Below, in pieces: positions 44,584-58,040 of a stretch of DNA of 64,000 nucleotides. Source of the DNA: Chrysomallon squamiferum (Eukaryota; Animalia; Mollusca); the NCBI GenBank assembly GCA_012295275.1, contig CM022670.1:14942001-15006000 (forward strand), read 5' to 3'. The notes under the pieces were generated by a model, which saw only the letters and a list, made by a program, of their open reading frames with translations, was not told the origin of the DNA and searched no databases. The translations under genes and the position numbers were made by a program. How positions within the stretch are numbered: position 1 is the first letter of the stretch; every line of letters begins with the position of its first letter.

Positions 44584-47051
44584 ACACACACACACACACA
44601 CACACATTTTAATATACCAATTTCATACAAGCAGTTACGAAACTTAACCGTAATCTTCTAATCGAAATTAACAAATGTAAAGATACTGTGATTTTCGAAG
44701 TATTTGTTTTCACAAATTAGCGCTTTGTCTTTCCCACTTCAACATCCTCATTCATCTCATTTCACTCGAGAAAGACATTATTTTTATATGATTATTATAT
44801 CTTTAACGACCGGTATGCTATATTTCATCTGTATATACCAACAGTCGTGTACCGATCGAGTTGTGTAGGAACATCACTGTAACTAACGATCAAAACAGAC
44901 CGACCCTGAATATTACTGTAAATAACAGCTAGTTAGAGATGCGATCTATCAAATTTCTTACATTTGTTGATAATGTAGAACAATCGTTCTAACAACTGGA
45001 CTCTGACACATGATAATCCGGAGACTTTCGTTCAAGAATGAACAGGTTTTCGTAACTTGACTGTCAACATTTGTACCACTGATAAAGAGCGGAGAAACAG
45101 CGGAATGCGCTTACCTGAGACAGTTAAACTTTGATCACGATAAAAAGTCCACAAACGAAACAGAAAATCGAACAGTAAGTCCAAGGCGCAGTTCACTCTT
45201 AGACAATAAAGAAAGACAAAGCTGGGATAAAATCTGAGTTTATGTGTTCAAATATTCTATAGTCCCAGCGTTTCAACTGTTCCCTTTTTTACCGAATGTG
45301 TTATTCAAGGTAAAGGGCAGGTAACTAGTGATGTTTTGAACCCGGTTTAGATCTGTATTTAGATGTCTGCCTTATGGAATGTCTGTCTTTTGGTAGCAAC
45401 CACTATCATTCAACTTCGTATTTGAATGGTAATTATCTAAATATTCAAGTATTGCATGTTTAGAATGCATATTACGTTTCTTCCATGTATATAACATATG
45501 CAGAAATATGTCTATGTATATGTATATATATGTGTGTGTTCATGTGTTTGTGTGTGTGTTTGTCTGTCTATATGTGTGTGTATGTTTATGCATGTATTTG
45601 TATTCTTTTTAGAGCTTTTTTCTTCAGTACTCTTTCGTTTTTTTGCAGTTAACATCTATTTAAGACGACTGATAAATGTTTCTAAATTCCTATGTTGGTA
45701 GGTCATTGTTGTTAGATGATTGCATATAATAAATATTTTTCTAAAGTAAGTTGTATGCTGTTTAAATAAAGAAACAAATCTGTATGATTAAAGGCAAAGC
45801 TGGATCTACTTTCAATCTGACATAACTTTATTCAACACTATTATTATTATTATTATTATAATTTTATTTTTAACAAAGAAAAAGACCAATCAAACAACCA
45901 CAGAATCTCCCAAAATAATAATAACAGTAAAACAACATCAGGATAAAAAGAACATTTAAGAGATAATTTTTTGTTTATATTGCTTTCTTTAGATTCATTT
46001 AAAGTTAGAACTTTTAATAAAATAATAAAAACTAAATTATAAAATATTTATACTTAAAAAGTATCAAATAAAGACTGCTGACACAAAGTTACACATTAAA
46101 GTTCATTTTTTGTTTCTTCAATGTATATTTTAAGCAGTGTTATTTGCTTCTCTAAAATTACTCCCCAACCCCCCAAAAACCCCCACAATAACAACAACAT
46201 TTGGATCTTTTAAGTTTGGAATATAATTAATGTCTCAGTTTTAACGAAGTTTTTATTTATTATTATTATTATTTTTTATAACTAATACTGTCACTGTAAA
46301 CATTTTGGAAAAAAATAAAAAATAAAATTTCCAGTTATATTTAATATATATCTACCTAAGAGATGAGGCCATTTCCTTCTTCCACATTTGATCACCTAAA
46401 CAATTGCTTTCTTGAATGTTTAATTCATCATATCTCAAAATTATGTAATATATAAAAACAGGAGGTATCGAGTTATGTATTTCACTTTGAAAACAGTAGA
46501 TCGAAAGTAGAGTTAATATTTACAACGACTTTCCTTAAAATGTAAAAACAAAAAAAAAAAACACCCAAAAAACAAACAGCAAATATTTGTTTTCACTGAC
46601 TTTTCCAGGCAGAGACTTGATGTTAATCAGGTATTTATTATAAAACCTTTATTTTTTGACACAGTCCTCTCTTTGAATTCAGAACAAATCATTAGATTAA
46701 AACCATTATTTGTCTAAAGTTATATTTAAATTTAAAGTAAAAATACGTTTGTATGATATAATTACACATATTTCCCATTACTCGAGTCTGTTACCTTTTT
46801 TCCTTCCTGTTTACTTGTTCGCTCTGTAAATGCCTCTGTGCTGTGATATATTTATAGTTTGTGCACAAGTTTAAACTAATCGCTATAAATATGTCACCGT
46901 TTATATTATCTTTCAAATATTTCCATACAAGAACACACTATATTTATTAACAAACAAATATTCGATCTGTTTTCATTGTTCCGTGTCACCAGATTCTGTT
47001 CAAGTCACACTTAGGGTTTGATCCTGGCAGCGCTAACAAAACATTTCGACT

Positions 47052-47378
47052 TTACTCTCGCACCATGCTCATCAGTCGAGGGTACTGTGTCTCTTGAGCT
47101 TCTTGTACAAGCGAACATAAAGGGCAAAATAGGATATAAAAACAATCTCCCAGACAACTTCCTTCGATTCCTTTCATTTCCCTGATCTTCCCTCTTATTT
47201 GTAAAGCAGCAAAGATGTTCACAAAGGGAACCAAGTAAGCAACTCCACACAAACAACAACTGTCTCCCGCAGCCTCGGCGTTCTTCCCAAATGTGTAGCA
47301 AGGAAACAAATAAGAAATGACGCAGAGTCCAATATTGTCGAAACATCCACAAAGTCCGTGTTCCCATTCAGATCCCAT
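47052..47378 (-). CDS. PLAC8: PLAC8/cornifelin-family protein, diverged paralog, 108 aa, intronless CDS
   Basis: MGSEWEHGLCGCFDN...FPCYTFGKNAE...RGKIREMKGIEGSCLGD...FCPLCSLVQEAQE. TATA-like run at ~47427-47434 and AATAAA on the minus strand at 46943-46948. Confidence 0.93.
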   Translation of the reverse strand: MGSEWEHGLCGCFDNIGLCVISYLFPCYTFGKNAEAAGDSCCLCGVAYLVPFVNIFAALQIRGKIREMKGIEGSCLGDCFYILFCPLCSLVQEAQETQYPRLMSMVRE

Positions 47379-47829
47379 CTTGTCCCCGAACTGTTCGCTT
47401 ACTGTTAATGTTCAGCTCAAGTCTGGATATATATAATCGTACGAGTGTGCGGTTTCAACAATATCATAATCATGTGACTGTTTGCAAACCTACTTTACCC
47501 TGTTTGTATTTCGAGGGAATTTGAATGGCGTTTCTTGTAATCACATTTACATATCTTAAGTGCAGCTTGTACAATAAAACAGAGATAACAGTGAAACAGT
47601 TTTATATCAAAAAACAAATAAAAAATATAATCAACTGATAGCCGTAGCAGTGATTTTGTTCAGTGCAGTGTTAAATGACCTTAACATAATAATTTTACTT
47701 CCCTCTTTCAGTTTTTTCCTTATATTCTACTCGCATATATTTATTCAACGACAGAATGAACAGTGTAACATTTCATTTAATCTGGTTTAGTTTGCAACAA
47801 ACAAGAACAAAAATAGGCTAGCCCGCTAT

Positions 47830-47883
47830 TGGCTCCACCCCTTTTTATGTGGTCCCTGAGCACAAATCTTAGATTCGCCACTG
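47830..47883. mobile_element. Possible single MITE terminus (PIF/Harbinger-like CAGTGGCGrATCT end)
   Basis: agattcgccactg reads CAGTGGCGAATCT on the minus strand, resembling a common invertebrate MITE terminal repeat. No partner end was found. Confidence 0.25.
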
Positions 47884-48632
47884 GTTTCAGTTTAAAAATG
47901 TCGCAATACTTGGTTTTCTGAAGATATAATAGTCACATGGGTCTATGACTAAACTAAAATACTTCCTGGCCTCTTTGTTATGTATAATGCACACACTTAT
48001 TCAGTAAAAACGTCGCATGACTAATTCAGTGTTACCTTTCGTAACAGGACACAAAAGCTGTAATCTTTGACATCAGTCCAGTTTTTTAAGATTAAAACAG
48101 AATCTCAGGTGATAAATATTTTAAACTTCACAGTCAGTTAACACCAATAATGCTAAAAATAATTAACAGACTGCAATATTATACAGTATTTCTTCAGTAT
48201 GAAATCAGTGTGATTGCCGTTCACAGCTCTAGAATTCAGAATAAATAAGTAAAGAATAAAGAAGTAAACAAATTATTTATTTATTTATTTATTTATTATT
48301 ATTATTTTTTTTAAAAGTTTAAAATCAGTAATTAAAATTATTAGGAAATGCGATATGGCTTTACTATGAAAGAGAGAGAGACCGAACGACAGTGTGAATG
48401 ACAAAGAAATATCTATTTAGTCATTATTAATAATTTTTCAGTTCTTTAATGTTTCAGATGGGTTTTTTTTTCAAAATGTTTTTATATCAGAACGTTCCTG
48501 GAGATAGTACTGTTTTTGTTACTTTTCAAGATAAACTTTTAATCCACAGAGCTAGAATCAAATTTCATAAAAACACAAAAAAAACACAGACTGAAATTCG
48601 AAGTGAAGCCTTCACGGCACATCATTCAGCTT

Positions 48633-48959
48633 CTATTCACGTGTTATTGCTTGGTCATCGAAGTCGTTCAGTTCCTGCGCTTCTTGAACGGTCGCACAAC
48701 AAGGACAGAAAAAGACTCGAAGACAGTCCTCCTGTTGACTTCCGTCTATTTCTTTCTTTTCTCGTATTTTGCCTCGGACGCGGAGAGCGACGATCAGGTG
48801 AGCAATGGGAATCACAGAGGCGAGTCCGTACAAACAACAGTTTTCATCTACAGCCTCGGCGTTCTTGCCGAACGTGTAACAGGGTGCCAAGTAGGTTACA
48901 ATGCAGAGACTCTTGTTGTTGAAACATGAAAACAGTCCATACTGCCATTCGCGTCCCAT
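48633..48959 (-). CDS. PLAC8: PLAC8/cornifelin-family protein, diverged paralog, 108 aa, intronless CDS
   Basis: MGREWQYGLFSCFNN...APCYTFGKNAE...RGKIREKKEIDGS...FFCPCCATVQEAQEL. Closest to the 47052-47378 gene. Confidence 0.92.
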   Translation of the reverse strand: MGREWQYGLFSCFNNKSLCIVTYLAPCYTFGKNAEAVDENCCLYGLASVIPIAHLIVALRVRGKIREKKEIDGSQQEDCLRVFFCPCCATVQEAQELNDFDDQAITRE

Positions 48960-49326
48960 GTTTTCGCTGTGTGTGTCTGGTGATTGGACAGAAGTTTCTC
49001 TTCTCTGGGGTTTTAAATTACCGCGTTACGAAGTGTCAGTAGCGGTGCAAGGCGTCTTTCCCGTGACTGAAAGGCAGAGAGATGCAGTTTATAATGGTGC
49101 AAAACCCAGTGAAGCTTAGAGAAGGCGTTAGTGTCATTATTATGTTAATATAATAAAATACGAATAATATGAAAAAGAGGGATGTTGCAACAGAAAAAAA
49201 CACACAACAATAACAAAAAAAAAAAAGCAAAGAAAAAAAAGAAGACCCCCCCAAAAAATACAACCTCTCAGCATAAAACATGTAGAATATAATGATTAAA
49301 GAAGATTATATATATGTATATTCGCG

Positions 49327-49370
<44 letters not shown>

Positions 49371-50132
49371 AGAACATTTCGAAACAAAAATTAAAAGAAT
49401 CATTCTTCCTCTATAACCCTGTATCATTGAGAAAAATATCTATTTGTTCAGTCTCGTTATCTGCACATTATTTCTGAAAGTGATCTGAATATTGGTAAAT
49501 CTTAACTCTACAGAAACTCCAATAAATATTCTACTTTGTTCTACGGAGATTTAAAACAACAACAACAACGAAAAAAAACCCAAAACCCACAGTATAAATG
49601 ATTAAGATGTATAACTTACCTACCTCCTGGTCGTTAAAAGGAAAATTTCGCTGTAATAACGAAATAAATTACGGAAATATTTTTGAAGAACCGAAAAGGA
49701 TCTCGATCACTGAATAATGACTTCGTATATTACAAGTAGTATTAAAGGTCTGGTTCTTTCGGTTTTTTATTCCTTGTGACGTAATCATATAAAAAATACA
49801 TCTGTTTAAATGTGTTTATTTACGGCTGCATAGAAACACCTATTGTGCACGAGTAATAATTAATGAATATAAAAATGTGCACTCGACAATGTGCGTGTGT
49901 GTGTATCATGCAAATACTATCAGATAGATACAAATCGTGTGCAAGGTAAACGAATATAAAAAAAATTAACGTGTACTTGCCTTTGTGTGTACGTGTGCGT
50001 GTATGTGTGTGTACGTGTAAATGTGGAGAGACTGTAAAATTTTAATTAAAATTATTTAAAAAAAAACATTTTTTAACCAGTATCACAAATGGCTATCTAA
50101 CTTCTGTTCAATACATACAACACATGCAAGAG

Positions 50133-50215
50133 CTCGCTGGAACTGGAAATAGACAAAGGGCTCATGAGGAAATTTGATCGTGTGACTCACAATGCCACAC
50201 CTGTGAGTTGAACTT
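50133..50215 (-). mobile_element. Possible decayed head fragment of a tRNA-derived SINE
   Basis: gctggaactggaaatagacaaagggctcatgaggaaatttgatc resembles, from memory, the reverse-complement 5' part of a gastropod SINE. Not verified. Confidence 0.25.
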
Positions 50216-52302
50216 TTCAGTCAGATAATGATTAATAATCAAATATGTTACCTTCAGTTTCAAAGCATTTTCTTATTACCAGTGATGTCGCATCTCTCCG
50301 CTCCTCAAAAAACAAAAAACACCCGAAATCTTCTCCACTTTACATTTGCATGTGTAGAAACCAAAAGCAAACATTTCCTTAACGACAGACACAACAAGCG
50401 CAACAACAAAACCTGTCATCTGTCTACCAATGCGTGTCTCTGTTTATTTGCAATCAATTATACTGGTATAGTTACGCAAAACAGATTTCGCAGGGCATAA
50501 AATAGAACAGTCGTTGTTATGCACAAAGCAGTCTTCACGTATTTATTTGCACTGCTTTTTATCGCAGTTGTTTAGGGGACAGTGCCTGTGGTGATCATCA
50601 TCACGTCCAGAACATGAAGGCGTTTAGAAAACTATGACAGGGATCAGTAAATTCAAATTGAGAAAGTAATTTATTATCGCGATGACATAATACACTCACT
50701 AGGTAAATAAAATAAAGAAGAGTACATTTTGAGGTTTTTTTGACTAATTTACAAAAAATTTGTAATCATACAGAAAATAAAAATAATTCGTTTATTCCGT
50801 ATTATTGGAGAAATCTAAAATAAAATAAGGAATCATTTAAGACAGAATCGGTTACGGGTAAATCGGTTACGTTAACGTAAGTTTTAAGTTATACATATAA
50901 CTAAACAAATACGCCGTTTATGATACAGATTATGCTTAATGACGATATCAAAAACAAACGAGATATACGCCTGCCAAACGCTTGGGTATACTTGGGCGGT
51001 AATACAAGCTGTAAAGGGTTAATCAAGCTGACTTTTACGTCACGATTCATATCAATTTAAACATGTCAAAAGATTTGCGAGTCACTGATTTGTGCTAGGG
51101 GTCTTGTGTTTCTTCGTGTTGCGTGTCTGTGTACATCTAGTTGATAACTTTTTTTGGTACCAGTGGAACACGAAAATGACCGATCTAAAAGAATGTAAAG
51201 CCAGAATTATTGTTAAATGAGCATACTAGCCTGAATCGTTGCCAGCCCTTGCAAACCGAGGATACTCAGGCTACCAAACACTTCGCGGTTATCTCTCATG
51301 ATCTCCGTGTTTTTCAATGGGAACCGTCGGGATGTGCAACCGGCCCCTCGTAGCGTCTTCTTCCCCAGACCCCGGGTTTTCCTCAGACCCCGGGTTTTCC
51401 TTGATGCACGTAAGTGTTAGATTCCTGCGGACGTCAGTGAAAACCGCGGAATCAAAGAACGAAGAGAAACCAGCTCCGCTGACAAATTCCGAAGCTTTGT
51501 TTTTTCGTTACACAAAACTAGGCATATCTTGGCCGCTGTTTAACAAAACTCTAAAAGTCCGTAATCGTGTATTTTCCTGATAAAGGATATTACGATTTAT
51601 CAAACAGAACTTTAATTACTGGCAGTTAATAGTAGTTTATTTACTTATTATAATTATTAAATCATTTTATTTAATATTTGTCGTTAATTTATCTTTTCTG
51701 TATCATATATAGAGACTAGACAATCTCAAGATTTTATATATATATTAGTACTTCAGTAAAATTATCTATAGTTAGTATGCTCAGAAGAAATGTATCTAAT
51801 AAAACACAGTTTTACATATAACCAGGTTTTGCTTTAAAATACAGTCTCTATTCTGGATGGAGTAACAATAAAATTTGTTTTGCCTAACGCTGTTACGCTT
51901 AACAAATATTGTGAAAAAACATTAAATACATTCAGTGCTCTTTATATTTATAATGTGTTAAGTTTCGTTTTAGGTAGTCGAATTGTAATAATAATAAAAA
52001 AAAATTTTTTTTTTTTTTTTCAAAATAACTTTAACGTAATGTATAAACTTAACTGAATACTCCCGTAACAATTTTAACATAGATTTTAATAAAATTCGTG
52101 TGTGTGCTTTTGTCAGAATTCGGTAGTCACGTTGTTGTAGGGAATACCTTTCAGTATATGTCAAAAGTTTACATTTGAGACGAATATTAGTTATATGTAA
52201 AAGATAATAAAACATATATAATTTATACTTTTTAATTACTTGTGAGAAACACTGAGGAGACAGAAACTGTCTGTGGCTGTTTTCATATGATCTTTCAGTT
52301 AC

Positions 52303-52390
52303 AAGGAAGGACGGAAGGAAGGAAGGAAATAATTTTATCTAAGCACTCAACGCATTTTATTATATAATATACATATCTTATTATTAAGGA
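52303..52390 (-). mobile_element. Possible decayed SINE 3' tail with a (GAAG)n terminal microsatellite
   Basis: (gaag)n followed by gaaataattttatctaagcactcaacgcattttat...ttaagga resembles a recalled gastropod SINE end (gaaggaaatgttttatttaacgacgcactcaacacattttat). Not verified. Confidence 0.35.
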
Positions 52391-53376
52391 TATTTTTTTT
52401 TTTTTTTTTTTTTTTTTAAACCAAAAAAATAAAAATAAAAAATAAAATAAAAATAAAAATAAATAAATAAAACAAAATAAAAATAAAAATAAAATAAATT
52501 TAAAAAAAATATTAAAATAAATCCAAAAACAAAACAGGGAAAAATTAAAAATAAAAATAAATTTAAAGTCACTTTAAAAAATTAATTTTGAATTTGTTTA
52601 TGGATACATCCAAAAGAAGTAAACGTACAGGTTTCATTTATTTAGAATGTGTATGTACTCGCGTTACATTTATATGTGTTGTACAAAATGTGTTTAAATA
52701 AATTATATTTCATGTGTGTCATGTGTGTGTTGTTATATTTAACTGCGTTGTGAAGAATTATTTTACGGAGCTAATATTGTCTTCGTAAATAAAATAATTA
52801 AATGTTAAATATTAAGAAGTGTCATAGGAGATAACCTTGACTTTAATTTGTTTTTCTGAGACGCTTAGGAGTTGTTTCCCTTTATCTAATTTCTAAACGG
52901 AGACCTGGCGGAGCGATGTACTGTTGATTAGACGAACAAAGAAAATTATTTTTGTAAAAATCTTTTAAAATTTTGAATTACAGTAACAAGTCATAGACAT
53001 AAACATAGGATGTAAGTTCTAAAATAACGTATCTTCGATACGGAATGTTAGTCACAGCCACTTAACATCTCTGTTCATCTGTTACTTCATCTGTTATTAT
53101 GTTTCATGAAACAGTATCAGTCTGTTTAAAGTTACTAGTCTCAGGTTACTCGATATTTGAACGAACATAAACATGCAAAAAGTAGTGGAAATTTAATCGA
53201 TGATAATTCTAATTATCTCCTGGAATAAATCTGTTTAATACAATCAGAAATAAAACTTTCTATAACTAACAAACACACTAACTAACTAACCAACCAACCA
53301 ACCAACCGACTCACGCACTTGCTCACTGACTAACTCAGTAACTAAACAAAAACAAGTACTAAAACTGCAGAAATAT

Positions 53377-53560
53377 AGTAATAGTAGTACAAGTAGTAGT
53401 AATAATAGTTGTAGTAGTAGTAGTAAGAGTAATAGTAGTGGTGGCAGTAGAAGAAGTAGTGATAATGGTAGCAGTAGCAGTAGTAGTAGTAGTAATAATA
53501 GTAACTATAGTAGTAGTAGTGGTAGTGGTGATGTGGAAGTGTTGCTAGTAACAGCAGTAA
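53377..53560. repeat. Imperfect (AGT)n trinucleotide repeat, preceded by (AACT/AACC)n at ~53265-53345
   Basis: Directly visible. Confidence 0.9.
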
Positions 53561-54779
53561 AAAAAGTAAACCAAATCAGAACTAACTCATAATAATAAAT
53601 ATTTATTTCCATGAAGCTTCAAGTATTCTTCAATATAGCGTCTGATGACAGAAATGTAAAAATCTTTTCAGATTTTTTTTTAACGTACATGTTACTCGAA
53701 AACCTTCGCAGTTATGTTTCTTCATTTCGATCATAGGTTATTTTATTTTACGACTTAGTTCACGTAAGAGTGTTTCTGTCAACAGCAGCGTAAAATGAAT
53801 AATTTCTAAATCTACGCGTCCGCCTGAAAAGAAATCTGTAAATGGATTACTCAATGCTATTACTGTGAAATCTGACCACGCCCCAAGGACAGAGAATAAT
53901 GTTTTAGACAGAGCGGTAATAGAAAATAAATACGTTTGTAACACAAAGACGGGTGATAACAAAGCACCTGAGATATGAAAGATTAACTGGGGAAAACTTC
54001 AGAGGAGTATGTTAACGTAAAGTAAAATTCACGTTTTCTTTTTCAAAAAAAAAAGAAAAAAAAAAAAAAAGAAAAAAAAAAAACAACAACAAAAAAACTG
54101 ACAACGAAAGAAAGATGTTATAAATATGTGTCACTTGTAGAATGCTTTTTTTTGTTTTTGTTTTTGTTTCTATTATTTATATTCTAAATATTACTAAACT
54201 TCAGATAATTCAGCACTTCTTGTGTTTTTTTCACAATCAGACGTGTTCTCATCTGAATATTCTTTTCTTTGGATCAAGGAGGCTATCAGTTCATTGAGAA
54301 AGTGTCGTCTGCCAACTTGTTTCCGTAGAAACTATGTCAAAACATCATAGCTGTTGACATTTTTATTGTTTGTGTGCAACATAAACCACTTTTGGCTGTC
54401 ATGCTGCGATTTGTTGTCATGATTAAATGACGTTATATAATCTACTGACAATGCAGTTAGTTCAGAGATACATTTTTTTCTGATCTTTATAACACATGAA
54501 CTCGCTTCTTCCTTTATGGACAGTTTGTTTTTACGGATCTTTTCACTACTTAACGAAGCTTTACGGGTATTTTAAATTTACGTTTGATAGCTGATGACCC
54601 AAAATAAACGGCGATGCTGTTTAAGACTTCCGAGTAGTCGTTTTCATTAAGGTAAGTGGATTTGTTTATAAAGATGAGATGAAAAAAGTATTTCTTTGTT
54701 TCTTATGTTAATGCAATTTATCTTTCATTTATTCATTTTCATTTGGACTTTTTCACCTTCTGACTAACCTCCTCCATCT

Positions 54780-55106
54780 CTTTCTTACACATACACGCAC
54801 AAACGCACACGCACGCATATGCACACACATACATAAACATTATATTTTGTTCTCACGGGAAAGAGCAAGACATTATATGCATAACGTTACCTCTCTGTCT
54901 GTCTGTCTGTCTGTCTCTTCTGTCTATATGTCTGTATGTCTCTCTGCCTTTGTCTGTTTTTTCTCCCTCTGACTGTCCGTCTCTTTGACTCTCTCTCTTC
55001 TGTCTATAAGTCTGTATGTCTCTCTGTCTTTGTCTGTTTTTTCTCTCTCCGACTGTCTGTCTCTTTGACTCTCTCTCTCACTCTTTCCCTTTAACTTTCT
55101 CACATA

Positions 55107-55163
<57 letters not shown>

Positions 55164-55470
55164 CCATTCATCTTTCTTCTCACGGAAAAGAACATAAGAC
55201 ATTACATGTATCACACTACCGGACCGACAAACTTTGTTTAGAAGTATCACATAACAACTGGAGCATCTTATTCGTCTGTCTGTCTGTCTGTCTCTCTCTC
55301 TCACCCACACACAAACACAACACACACACACACACACACACATACACACATCAATTCATCTTTTATTTTCTCACGGAAAAGAATATAAGACATTATATGC
55401 ATCATATTACCGGAACGACCAGCTCCGTTTTTAAAATCCTATAACAATTGTAGCAGCCTGTTTGTCTGCT
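54780..55470 (+). repeat. Three diverged copies of a ~45-100 bp core separated by (TCTG)n and (CA)n microsatellites
   Basis: The core tctcacggaaaagaacataagacattatatgcat..ac..tacc occurs at ~54851, ~55178 and ~55369. There is also a nested ~70-bp direct repeat at 54931 and 55011. Confidence 0.8.
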
Positions 55471-56483
55471 CGAGTTAGACATTTCGGTTTGACGTAACTA
55501 TTTAGCTGTGCGCTGCAGAACTGGGGTAACTCCTGTGTTCACGGATATCTAATCTCACAACCGAATCAAGGTCAGTGTTTAATCTCTTAATTCATTAGTT
55601 TTGTACAATGACGTCTTTTTGAAATAACGAAATTCAATCCTTTTTGCCGCTTATAATTTCACTGCATTGTTCTCTGTGCAACGTCAGTAATTATATATAG
55701 CGCACCTGTTCGCTAAAGACATTTAAAATTTATTATTATTATTTTTTTTATTATTATTATTGTTATTGTTACTGCTATTGTTGTTATTATTAATATCATA
55801 ATTATTGTTATTGCTATTATCATTTAAATAAATAAATAAATAAATAACACAAAAAACAACAAACCCCCAACAACAACAACAACAAAAAAGAAAACACAAC
55901 ACAGAAAAAAAAAACAAAAAAAAAACAACATAAACACCGCCAAAAAAAAAAAAAAAAAAACTCCAACAAAACAACAACAATAACACACACACGAAAGAAA
56001 ACGTGAAGATCAAGTTTAAAAATATTATTATGATTTGTATTGTTAGTATAAGGATGTTTGTTTATTTACCTTAATATTAACGAAAATGTATTGTACGGGA
56101 AATCAAAGTAAATGCTTAGGAATGTTGACAAACTTGTCGTTACATAACATATACACAACCAGCGCTGAAGTTAATTTTACGTCTGTACTCTTTCGCTGTG
56201 GTGAGTTCATGTCTAAATGTGTCTGTGTATTTTATACCTTCATTTAGCAGATTCCTGTTAACTTATCTAATAAATGCTGACTAGAGATGAGTACATACCT
56301 GTTAGTAAAATGACATTAAGTCGTTACACAGAGTTATAAAATTTAATGTTCGTTTAGCAAACCACTCGGTCAGTCAAAACGCGTTTACATCTTCTAGACC
56401 AAGTATGCCTGTAATGGGCCCATATCATCCAGGAGCTTAATGGTTAAATTGCCATTACTTCTGTTGTTTGCCAGCTTTAGTCG

Positions 56484-56486
<3 letters not shown>

Positions 56487-56556
<70 letters not shown>
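56487..56556. repeat. (GA)n microsatellite
   Basis: Perfect run. Confidence 0.95.
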
Positions 56557-56560
<4 letters not shown>

Positions 56561-57737
56561 AACAAAAAATTAAATATCAATATAAATTGATATTTTTTTG
56601 CATGGAAGAAAATCCACTTCTCATATGTTGGTTATAATGGCTAAAATTGTTTTTACGAGAAAAAAATAACAATCTAATGCATGTGGGAAAAAAATAATAA
56701 TAAAAAAAATAAAAAATATATAATATCTGAGAGAAAGAGAGAGAAATTGTTTGAGTAAAATTAAAATGGTTTTACGGATACATAATCGTACTGAGCAATA
56801 AATCGATACTAATGTAATTCCATTCAATTTTCCCCACAAACATGACATGTTTATATTTCGTATTATTCATGACATGTTAGATAATAGAATAAAAAGTTTT
56901 TGGCATCACCAGTAATGTTCGCAGCTTTCTAAAACCCATTTTACATAATTATCAAATTTCAGTTATTACTGTCTATTTATCGATGCTTTGGATGGGTTTT
57001 TTTGTGTTTTTTTTAAAAATAAAATTTACGACATTTTTAGAGAGGAAACCAGGCCTCGCTGAAGCACGTTTCAGATGAATAACCTAACATAATCTTGTAA
57101 TAGAATAAACCTTTTAAAAAGTCCTGTTATCAAAATGTAATTTAATTTTATCCAAAATGGTTTATCAGAATAAGACAGAAATGTCTAATAACGACGTGAT
57201 AAACAAAAATGTATTCTTGTAGATGAAGCCATGTTTTACAAAAAGTTATTAAAATGTAATGTTTTATCCAAAGCAGTTGTCAAAATGAGAGAGAAATGTG
57301 CAGTTTTTACAAGAAAATTGTGAGAAATGTGATTCAAGCATAACGTGAGTTGAGTGTTATTCAAGTAATAACACACGAAATATTTACACATCACACTGTA
57401 TTAAGATTTCAGTCACATCTGTCCCCCCCCCCTAAAAAAAAAGGTTTAGATGAAATTGGAAATCATTGCTATATGTTTCATAACTGATAAACACACATAC
57501 AAAAAAACTATACAAAAAAATAACATCAACAAAACAAAATAAAATAAAATAAAATAAAATAAAATGACAGAAGAAATGAATTAAAATTGAAATAAATAAA
57601 GATAGAGATACAAACTATTACATTACAGTTGTCAGTAAAACACTGAATGACTTTACAAATAATGAAATGATAATGGAGATAAAAAATACTGCAATACATT
57701 TGATGTATCATTTTATTTAACAAAGCAAAAAAGCTCA

Positions 57738-58040
57738 GTAATAATAATAATAATAAATAATCATCATTATCATGTTCATCATCATCATGTCATCATCTTA
57801 ACAATAACAATAATACAAACAATAAAAATAATAACAAAAAATTAATAATATCAATAATAATAACAATAACAACAAAATCAGTAATAATAATAACAACAAT
57901 AATAATAATCATCATCATTATAATACCAAGAACAATAATAATAATAACAGTAACAACAAATTCAGTAATAATAATAAAAATAATAATAATAATAATAACA
58001 ATAATAATAATAACAACAACAATAATAATAATAATAATAA
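57738..58040. repeat. Imperfect (AAT/AAC/ATC)n low-complexity tract
   Basis: Directly visible. It explains the poly-Ile ORF 57793-58098. Confidence 0.9.

Noticed and set aside
47980-49890. Metal-response element (TGCRCNC) matches near the PLAC8 paralogs at ~47988 and ~49877
   Set aside because: Isolated and distant from the start codons, one lies in CA-rich sequence, and I saw none in the array promoter. Not evidence of MTF-1 control.
53738-53962. 74-aa minus-strand hydrophobic ORF
   Set aside because: Non-ATG start, no recognisable homology, and no supporting neighbouring exons.
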